DNA of 38,351 nt from Candidatus Rokubacteria bacterium GWA2_73_35 (GTDB lineage Bacteria > Methylomirabilota > Methylomirabilia > Rokubacteriales > CSP1-6): NCBI GenBank assembly GCA_001790205.1, contig MGBU01000059.1, forward strand, positions 1 through 38,351, read 5' to 3'. The notes under the pieces were generated by a model. That model was not told the DNA's origin, did no database searches, and was given only the letters and a program-made list of their open reading frames with translations. Numbering within the stretch: the first letter of the stretch is position 1; the number at the start of each line of letters is the position of its first letter. Of this stretch, positions 32,227 through 38,351 are shown piece after piece. Position numbers and translations under genes: made by a program.

Positions 32227-33120
32227 GTGCCCGCGCTCAGTCAAACGCGCGCCTACCTCGCGCTGCTCGTGATCGTGGCGTTGTGGGGCAGCTATCCGGC
32301 GACGGCGAAGCTCGCGCTCCGCGACTTCTCGCCCTTCTTCCTCACCGCGGCCCGCTGCACGCTCGCCTCGGGCTTCCTCGTGGTCCTCCTCCTCCGCACG
32401 GGCGGCGCGGCGGTGCGCGCCGTGGAGGCCCGGACGCTCCGCATCTTCCTCGTCCTGGGCCTCGCGGGCATCTGGGGCTCGACGCAGTTCACCTATGTCG
32501 CGCTCCACTACACGACGGCCGGCAACGCCGTGATCCTCCAGGCCGCGGCGCCGGTCGGGGTCGCGCTGATGGCCCGCGCGTACCTCGGCGAGCGGCTCTC
32601 CCGCGCGCAGTGGCTCGGCGTCGGCGTCTCGGCGTTCGGCGTGCTGCTGGTCGTGACGAGCGGCCGCCTCGCCGCGCTCCGTCTCGAGGAGCTGCGCGCG
32701 GGCGACTTCCTCACGCTGGCGGCGCTCGGCGGGTGGTCCGTCTACACCGTCTACGGCAAGCGCGTGCTCGGCGAGCTGTCCCCGGCGCTCGCGACGACGG
32801 GCGCGTACGTCACCGGCACGCTCCTGATCCTGCCGACCGCGCTCCTCACGGCGCCCTTCTACCCCGCCCCGCGGCTCGCCTCGCCGGTCGCCTGGGCCGT
32901 CGTCTTCTACCAGGGGCTCCTTGGCGCGGTCGCGCACATCTGGTGGTACCGCGCGGTCCAGGTCGTGGGGCCTAGCCGGTCGGCGGTGTTCATGAACTTC
33001 CAGCCGATCGTCGGGATCGCGCTGGCGGCCGCCCTGCTCGCCGAGCCGATCGGCGCCTGGCAGCTCGGCGGCACCGCGTGCGTGCTCGCCGGCGTCGCCC
33101 TCACGACGCGCACACGCTGA
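32227..33120 (+). CDS. EamA/DMT family transporter
   Basis: Ten-TM, two-repeat layout (LWGSYPATAKLAL.. / ..FMNFQPIVGIALAAALLAE). GTG at 32227. A TATGAT hexamer at 32214-32219 suggests another short or leaderless 5' end. Confidence 0.8.
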   Translation: MPALSQTRAYLALLVIVALWGSYPATAKLALRDFSPFFLTAARCTLASGFLVVLLLRTGGAAVRAVEARTLRIFLVLGLAGIWGSTQFTYVALHYTTAGNAVILQAAAPVGVALMARAYLGERLSRAQWLGVGVSAFGVLLVVTSGRLAALRLEELRAGDFLTLAALGGWSVYTVYGKRVLGELSPALATTGAYVTGTLLILPTALLTAPFYPAPRLASPVAWAVVFYQGLLGAVAHIWWYRAVQVVGPSRSAVFMNFQPIVGIALAAALLAEPIGAWQLGGTACVLAGVALTTRTR

Positions 33121-33189
33121 CGCCCGCCGACGTGAACCGGGCGGCGCCCGTCCCCGCGCTCGGGCAGAGCGCCGTCCCGCTCAGAGGGC

Positions 33190-33315
33190 GTGAAGGAATC
33201 GCGCCTACGCGATCCCGGTGAGGGGGCGCGTTGTCGAGGGGCGCCACGGCGCAGCATCGGCGCCCCGAGCGCTTGGGGGGCTTGTGGGGCGCCCGGAGCC
33301 CCCCATGACGTCAGT
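33190..33315. repeat. Copy B of the GC-rich dispersed repeat, abutting and including the nirK stop codon
   Basis: It has the same blocks as 3..100 plus a roughly 26-nt internal insertion (33204..33229). It contains the 8-bp inverted pair GGGGCGCC / GGCGCCCC. The tca at 33311-33313 is the nirK stop. Confidence 0.8.
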
Positions 33316-34360
33316 GGCCGCCGGCGCCGCGTGCGGCGGCGTGCGGCGTGAGCGCCCGGAAGATGTCCGGCCGCGCGTCGCCGCTCACGACCAGCGCGCC
33401 CAGCGCCCCCTTGTCCATCGCGCGCGAGAGGCTGTGGTCGACGAGCAGGAAGCGCCCGGGCACGTCCACCTTGAAGTCCACGATCGCGGCGCCTCCGGCG
33501 GGAACGAGCGTGGTCTGCACGTTGCGCTTCACGTCGCCGCCCACCGAGGCTTCCGGCCACACGCGATCGAACACCTCGCCGATCACGTGGAAGGACGCCA
33601 CGAGGTTGGGGCCGCCGTTGCCCACGTAGAGCCGCACCGTCTCGCCGGTCCGGGCCTGGAGCGCGCCGCCCTCCAGGAGCGCCCCGACGCGGCCGTTCCA
33701 GACCACGTATTCCGGCCGCTCGTCGCGCGCCTTGTCGGCGTCGAAGCGCTGCAGGCCCGGCACGCCGGTGCGGCCCCTCGTGTAGAACTCGCCCTGCATC
33801 ACGTAGTACTCGCGGTCGACGCGCGGCAGCCCCTCCTTCGGCTCCACGAGGATCAAGCCGTACATGCCGTTGGCGACGTGCGTCGGGATCGGGGGCGTGG
33901 CGCAGTGGTAGACGTAGAGGCCCGGGTTCAGCGCCTTCCACTCGAAGGCGCCCGTCTGACCGGGTACCACCTGGGTCACCGCGGCGCCGCCGCCCGGCCC
34001 GGTCACCGCGTGCAGGTCGATGGAGTGCATGAACGTGCTGGTGTCGCGGTTGCGCAGCCGGATCTCCACCGTGTCGCCCTCGCGCACGCGCAGCATGGGG
34101 CCCGGGACGCTGCCGCCGAAGGTCCAGAAGGTGTACTCGACGCCGCTCGCGAGCGTGCCCTTCTCCTCGGTCGTCTCGAGGTCCACCAGCACCCGCGCCG
34201 GCCGCGTGCGCTCGATGGCCGGCGGGACCATCGGAGGCTTGAGCAGCGCCGCCTTCGCCTCGGTCGCCGAATCCGCTCGCTGCGCCTTCTGCGCCGCCAC
34301 GGCGCCGGCCATCAGACCGAGGACCGCCACTGCCGCGATCACGCCCAGGGGCCGCTTCAT
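33311..34360 (-). CDS. nirK: Copper-containing nitrite reductase
   Basis: ATG at 34360 with SD GAGGAGGA and a signal peptide. Cu-ligand motifs HSIDLH and [20 protein letters not shown]. Two-cupredoxin layout, 349 aa. Confidence 0.88.
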   Translation of the reverse strand: MKRPLGVIAAVAVLGLMAGAVAAQKAQRADSATEAKAALLKPPMVPPAIERTRPARVLVDLETTEEKGTLASGVEYTFWTFGGSVPGPMLRVREGDTVEIRLRNRDTSTFMHSIDLHAVTGPGGGAAVTQVVPGQTGAFEWKALNPGLYVYHCATPPIPTHVANGMYGLILVEPKEGLPRVDREYYVMQGEFYTRGRTGVPGLQRFDADKARDERPEYVVWNGRVGALLEGGALQARTGETVRLYVGNGGPNLVASFHVIGEVFDRVWPEASVGGDVKRNVQTTLVPAGGAAIVDFKVDVPGRFLLVDHSLSRAMDKGALGALVVSGDARPDIFRALTPHAAARGAGGH

Positions 34361-34412
34361 GGTCGTCGTCCTCCTCGAGCCCACTCTCGCAGGACGGACG
34401 GCCACGCCGTTA

Positions 34413-34438
34413 TGACGCACGTCATCTGACTCGCGTCA
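34413..34438. promoter_or_regulatory. Two tandem TGAC-N4-GTCA boxes (FNR/CRP-family type) upstream of nirK
   Basis: tgacgcacgtca (34413..34424, within the 14-bp dyad atgacg..cgtcat) and tgactcgcgtca (34427..34438). The centres are 14 bp apart, roughly 58 and 72 nt upstream of the nirK ATG. Confidence 0.45.
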
Positions 34439-34490
34439 CAAGGGGGCGAGGACCGGCGCGGTGGGCGGCGGCCAGGAGACCCCGCGCGGG

Positions 34491-34961
34491 CTACCCGAGC
34501 TTCTTGACCTCGGCGAGGATCTTGTCCGGCTGCGGCAGCTCGCCCTTGGCGTACCGCTCGACGAACCGCACCCGGCCCGTCGGGTCGAGGACGAACGTGG
34601 CGCGGACGTTGGCGTTCCAGTCGGGCCAGTAGACGCCGTAGTCCTTCGCCACCGTCCGCTGCACGTCGGACAGCAGCGGGTAGCGGCTGATCCCGACCGA
34701 CTTCGCCCAGTTCTCGTGGCTGAAGGGGCTGTCCGTGCTGATACCCAGCACCTGGGTATTCGCCGCCTCGAAGTCGCCGACGCGCCTGTCGAAGGCGGGC
34801 ATGCAGGTGCTTCAGCCCGGGGTCCAGTCGAGCGGATAGAAGAGCAGGATGACGTTCCTGCCCCGGTAGTCCCGGAGGGAGATTTCCTTGAGCCCGATCG
34901 TCTTGAGCGTGAAGTCGGGCGCGGTGTCCCCCACGTTGAGCGTCTTGGTGTCAGCGCTCAC
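34491..34961 (-). CDS. AhpE/BCP-like peroxiredoxin with in-frame TGA (predicted selenocysteine, U50)
   Basis: Track ORFs 34812..35741 (C-terminal part) and 34491..34802 share one frame, separated only by TGA (34812-34814). The joined product reads ..NVILLFYPLDWTPG-U-STCMPAF..VLGISTDSPFSHENW..ATFVLDPTGRV. The GTG at 34961 has SD AAGGGGGA and overlaps the MBL gene stop. Confidence 0.7.
34741..34811 (-). promoter_or_regulatory. Candidate bacterial SECIS structure directly 3' of the UGA
   Basis: In mRNA numbering from the UGA, nt 4-11 (AGCACCUG) pair with nt 61-68 (CAGGUGCU). Nt 17-23 (CCGCCUU) pair with nt 46-52 (GAGGCGG). Nt 24-27 (CGAC) pair with nt 34-37 (GUCG), closing the loop AGGCGC about 25 nt after the UGA. 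Confidence 0.45.
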
Positions 34962-35884
34962 GAGTGTTGTCCCCCTTTCGAGAATTTGCGCGGCGTGCGC
35001 GCGATGATACCACGCTCCTCCCGGGCCTTCGCGGGCGGCTTGCGCGCGGCGGCCCAGGCGCGGTCGCGTCGGCTCTCGAGCGCCGCGTCGGGGAGGCCCA
35101 GGTGGCGCGCCGCGGTCACGACCCGGCCGGTGGCCCAGAGCCGCTCGAAGCGCCGCTCCCAGCGCGTGTCGCGCAGCGCGTGGTGGTCGAGAATCACGCG
35201 GCACCCGGTCGCGTCCACGATCCGCAGCAGGTTCTCGACGCCGCGCTCGATCAGCGCCGCGCCGAGCTCCCGCTCGATGTAGGAGGGCGGGCCCGACACG
35301 TAGAGGAGCGTCGGGCGCTCCCGCACGAGGTACGCCGCGGCGACCGGCGAGATCGGCCCCTGCACGTCGGACGCGAACACGAACCGCTCGCGCGCATCCT
35401 CGTCCTCGACCGTGAGCGCGAGCACCGCGCCCAGCGCGGTGCCGTCGGGGCCGTGCGGCAGCGGCGGCGAGACGCGGAGCGTGAGCCCCTCGCGGCGCGC
35501 CGCCAGGCCGTCGGCGCTCTCGACGCGCGCCACCGGCGCGAGCGCCTTCCAGAGGTCCGCGGCCCGCCGCGCCTGGCGCCCGCTCACCATGCGCCGCGGG
35601 TCCTTCACGAGCACGCGGCGGCCCGCGTAGGTCGCCGCGTCGGAACGGAAGTGGTCCTCGTGGTAGTGGCTCACGAAGACGAGCGTCGCGCGCGTCGCCC
35701 ACGCGGAGATCCGGTCGTTGGCGCGGCGGAGCGCCTCCCACTCCTCCTCGGTCGGCGGCAGCCCGAACCGCGCGGGCGCGAGCGTCGCCCCGGGGTCGAT
35801 CAGGAGGCCGGCCCCGTGGAGCTCGACGTAGGTCGCCATGGACCGCACGCCGAGCGACTCGGCCGCGAGCGGAAGGACCTTCAC
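34958..35884 (-). CDS. MBL-fold metallo-hydrolase
   Basis: 308 aa with the HxHxDH motif (VSHYHEDH). The stop overlaps the peroxiredoxin GTG (GTGA). Confidence 0.75.
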   Translation of the reverse strand: MKVLPLAAESLGVRSMATYVELHGAGLLIDPGATLAPARFGLPPTEEEWEALRRANDRISAWATRATLVFVSHYHEDHFRSDAATYAGRRVLVKDPRRMVSGRQARRAADLWKALAPVARVESADGLAARREGLTLRVSPPLPHGPDGTALGAVLALTVEDEDARERFVFASDVQGPISPVAAAYLVRERPTLLYVSGPPSYIERELGAALIERGVENLLRIVDATGCRVILDHHALRDTRWERRFERLWATGRVVTAARHLGLPDAALESRRDRAWAAARKPPAKAREERGIIARTPRKFSKGGQHS

Positions 35885-35888
35885 GGGC

Positions 35889-36650
35889 TCAGATGCAGCG
35901 TCCGCCGTCTACTTCGACGCAGCTCCCCGTGATCATCGCGGCGTCGTCGGAGGCGAGGAAGACCGCGGTCCGGGCGACGTCCTCGGGCTGGTTGAGGCGG
36001 CCGAGCGGCACGGTGGCCCGGTAGCGGGCCATGCCCTCGGCGTCGATCGCCTTCTTGCCCATGAACGTCGGCAGCATTGGCGTCTCGGTCGCGACGGGCG
36101 CGATCGCCACGACGCGGACGCCGTGGGGCGCCGCCTCGAGCGCGAGGCTCTTCGCGAGGGCGACCACCGCGCCCTTGGAGGCCGCGTAGGTCTGCCCGCC
36201 CGGGCGCGGCCGGATGGCCGCGGTCGACGCCGTGACGAGGAAGACGCCGCGCTCCTGCCGCTTCATGACCGCGAGCGCGTACTTGGCGCCGAGCCACACG
36301 CCCTTCACGTTGACCGCGATGATGCGGTCGAAGGTCTCCTCATCCTGCTCCTCGATCGGCCTCGGGAACTGGGGCACGCCGGCGTTCGCGAAGAACACGT
36401 CGAGGCGGCCCCAGGTGGCCACGGCGCGCTCGACGAGCGCCTGGTTGTCCGCGGCGCGCGTGACGTCGGCGCGCACCGCGAGCGCCGCGCCGCCCGCCCG
36501 CTCGATCCGCTCGCTCACCGCCTTGGCGCCCGGCTCGTCGATGTCCGCCACGACGACCCGCGCGCCCTCCGCGGCCATCGCCACGGCCGAGGCCGCACCG
36601 ATCCCCGAGCCCGCCCCCGTGATCACCGCCACCCTGCCCTCGAGTCGCAT
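35889..36650 (-). CDS. SDR-family oxidoreductase
   Basis: The ATG at 36650 gives MRLEGRVAVITGAGSGIGAA (TGxxxGxG), followed by NAG and YxxxK (YAASKGAV). 253 aa. Confidence 0.9.
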   Translation of the reverse strand: MRLEGRVAVITGAGSGIGAASAVAMAAEGARVVVADIDEPGAKAVSERIERAGGAALAVRADVTRAADNQALVERAVATWGRLDVFFANAGVPQFPRPIEEQDEETFDRIIAVNVKGVWLGAKYALAVMKRQERGVFLVTASTAAIRPRPGGQTYAASKGAVVALAKSLALEAAPHGVRVVAIAPVATETPMLPTFMGKKAIDAEGMARYRATVPLGRLNQPEDVARTAVFLASDDAAMITGSCVEVDGGRCI

Positions 36651-36667
36651 GGCCCTCTCCCTCGCCT

Positions 36668-37687
36668 CTACAGCACCAGCTCCGCCATCGTGCGCACCGC
36701 CACCCGGTCGCCCGCGACCATGAGCGTCGTCACGCCGGAGCCGCGCCACACGGACAGCAGCTCACGGATCCGCTCCCGTGGCCCGCAGAGCGCGACCTCG
36801 TCCACGAGCGCGTCGGGCACGGAGGCCTCCGCCTCGGCCTTGCGGCCGGCGAGGTAAAGGTCCTGGATGGTCCTCGCGGCCTCCACGTAGCCGTAGCGGC
36901 AGGCGATGTCGTGGTAGAAGTTGCGGCCCCGCGCGCCCATCCCGCCCACGTAGAGCGCGAGCTTGGCCTTGACCGGCGCCCGGCAGGCGGCCACGTCGTC
37001 GCCGACCACGACGGCCACCATCGGCATCAGGTCGAACTGCGCCGGCGCGCCGCCGCGCGCCCGGAAGCCCGCGTCGAGCCACTCGCGGAACATCGCCATC
37101 CGCGCGGCCGAGAAGAACGTCGGGATCCAGCCATCGGCGATCTCCGCGGCAAGCGCGATGTTCTTCGGCCCCACCGCGGCGAGGTAGATCGGGATGTCCC
37201 CCCGCCCGTGCAGGATCGACTTGAGCGGCTTGCCGAGGCCCGTCGCGTCGGGGCCCGTGTAGGGGACCTGGTAGTACTCCCCCCGGAACTCGAGCGGCTT
37301 CTCGCGCCGGAGGATGCGGCGCACGATCTCGACGTACTCGCGCGTGCGCTGGAGCGGCCGGCCGAAGGGCTGGCCGTGCCAGCCCTCGACGACCTGCGGC
37401 CCCGAGACCCCGAGCCCGAGCCGGAAGCGGCCGCCCGAGAGTGCGTCGAGTGTCATCGCGGTCATCGCGGTCGCCGCGGGCGTCCGCCCGCCCATCTGCA
37501 TGATCCCGGTGCCGACGTGGATGCGCGTGGTGCGCGCCGCGATCCAGGCCACGGGCGTCACCGCGTCGGAGCCGTAGGACTCGGCCGACCACACGGAGTC
37601 GTAGCCGAGACGCTCGAGCTCGAGGACCTTGTCCATGTCGATCGACATCCGCGCGCCCGAGTAATTGAGCGTCAGCGCCAGTCGCAT
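36668..37687 (-). CDS. Luciferase-like (LLM class F420-dependent type) oxidoreductase
   Basis: ATG at 37687 with [57 protein letters not shown]. 339 aa. Confidence 0.85.
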   Translation of the reverse strand: MRLALTLNYSGARMSIDMDKVLELERLGYDSVWSAESYGSDAVTPVAWIAARTTRIHVGTGIMQMGGRTPAATAMTAMTLDALSGGRFRLGLGVSGPQVVEGWHGQPFGRPLQRTREYVEIVRRILRREKPLEFRGEYYQVPYTGPDATGLGKPLKSILHGRGDIPIYLAAVGPKNIALAAEIADGWIPTFFSAARMAMFREWLDAGFRARGGAPAQFDLMPMVAVVVGDDVAACRAPVKAKLALYVGGMGARGRNFYHDIACRYGYVEAARTIQDLYLAGRKAEAEASVPDALVDEVALCGPRERIRELLSVWRGSGVTTLMVAGDRVAVRTMAELVL

Positions 37688-38013
37688 GCGAGCCCTCCTC
37701 GTGTCGCGAGCGTTCCGCGCCCACGCCAGGCGTGGGCGCTCAGGACGACCCGCCCGCGGCGAAGCGCGACACCCTCCTGCGCGAGCCGGATCCGCTGGGT
37801 CAGCATGCCGCTCATCCGGGCGCGCGGGCTGACCCCGCCCCGCGCGTTCACCACGCGATGCCACGGCAGGTCGCCCGGCGCGCTCCCGAGCGCGCGGCCC
37901 ACCGCGCGCGCCGCGCGGGGCCGGCCCAGGAGCGCCGCGATCTGCCCGTACGTCGCCACGCGGCCGCGCGGGATCCGCCGCACGAGCCCGAACACCGCGG
38001 CCCGGAAGCTCAT
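37672..38013 (-). CDS. atl: Alkyltransferase-like (ATL) protein, an MGMT-family DNA-binding domain without the acceptor Cys
   Basis: 113 aa with [13 protein letters not shown] and PWHRVV, where Trp replaces the PCHRV Cys. The ATG overlaps the ABC gene stop (ATGA). The 3' end overlaps the LLM gene start by 16 nt. Confidence 0.75.
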   Translation of the reverse strand: MSFRAAVFGLVRRIPRGRVATYGQIAALLGRPRAARAVGRALGSAPGDLPWHRVVNARGGVSPRARMSGMLTQRIRLAQEGVALRRGRVVLSAHAWRGRGTLATRGGLACDWR

Positions 38014-38351
38014 GGCGGCGCCGCGCCGCCCTGGAGCTCCCAGAGGCGCGCGTAGAGGCCGCCCCGGCGCAGCAGCGCGGCGTGCGAGCCCTCCTCGTGG
38101 ATGTGGCCGCGGTGCAGGACGAGGATGCGGTCGGCGGCCTGCACCGTCGAAAGGCGATGCGCGATCGTGATGCTGGTCCGACCCGCCAGGAGCCCCGCCA
38201 TCGCTCGTCGAATGAGCGCTTCGGATTCCGCGTCGACGCTCGACGTCGCTTCGTCGAGAACGAGGACGGCCGGATTGTACACGAGGGCCCGCGCGATGGC
38301 CAGGAGCTGGCGCTGCCCGTGCGAGACGTTGCCGCCCCGCTCGGTCAGCTC
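38010..38351 (-). CDS. ABC exporter ATP-binding domain, C-terminal fragment (gene continues past the window edge)
   Basis: Signature-like [15 protein letters not shown], Walker [11 protein letters not shown]-loop ITIAHRLST. The frame is open to position 38351. Confidence 0.85.
   Translation of the reverse strand, partial: ELTERGGNVSHGQRQLLAIARALVYNPAVLVLDEATSSVDAESEALIRRAMAGLLAGRTSITIAHRLSTVQAADRILVLHRGHIHEEGSHAALLRRGGLYARLWELQGGAAPP

Noticed and set aside
34812-34814. TGA in the peroxiredoxin read as a nonsense mutation, making the gene a pseudogene
   Set aside because: The stop falls exactly on the catalytic Cys codon. Both halves remain in one frame with intact family motifs, and a multi-helix structure follows immediately. 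Selenocysteine recoding is more parsimonious. It stays unproven until Sec machinery is found in the genome.

Overview
Very GC-rich (by eye above 70% G+C) chromosomal segment from a diderm bacterium, as shown by LptE, a TolC-family outer-membrane protein and MurJ. I call 37 protein genes. Most are on the minus strand and tightly packed, with many 4-bp ATGA/GTGA stop/start overlaps. Housekeeping content: murJ, rpsT, leuS-lptE-holA, uvrB-uvrC, nrdJ, nth, a Ppx/GppA phosphatase. Accessory content: a TolC/MacA/MacB-type efflux set, acyl-CoA dehydrogenase, two luciferase-like (LLM) oxidoreductases, an SDR, an epoxide-hydrolase-like hydrolase, EamA and NCS2-like permeases, an M48 peptidase, a small c-type cytochrome and copper nitrite reductase nirK. 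Most notable observations: (1) The class II ribonucleotide reductase gene carries two in-frame inteins. One is a canonical 457-aa LAGLIDADG intein. The other is a 132-aa mini-intein at the catalytic NP|CGE site that lacks all three canonical C-terminal splicing residues. (2) An AhpE/BCP-like peroxiredoxin has an in-frame TGA exactly at the peroxidatic Cys position, followed by a structured SECIS-like region, so it is probably a selenoprotein. (3) Five in-frame 54-bp tandem repeats sit inside leuS. (4) A roughly 100-130 bp GC-rich repeat occurs twice, each copy abutting and including the stop codon of an unrelated gene (murJ, nirK). (5) A 19-bp perfect inverted repeat brackets 91 bp in a convergent intergenic region. 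(6) Tandem TGAC-N4-GTCA (FNR/CRP-type) boxes lie upstream of nirK. I recognised no rRNA, tRNA, CRISPR array or transposase. Most long ORFs in the six-frame track are antisense or out-of-frame artefacts of the GC content. No single novel multi-gene system is evident; the intein and selenoprotein observations are the strongest leads.
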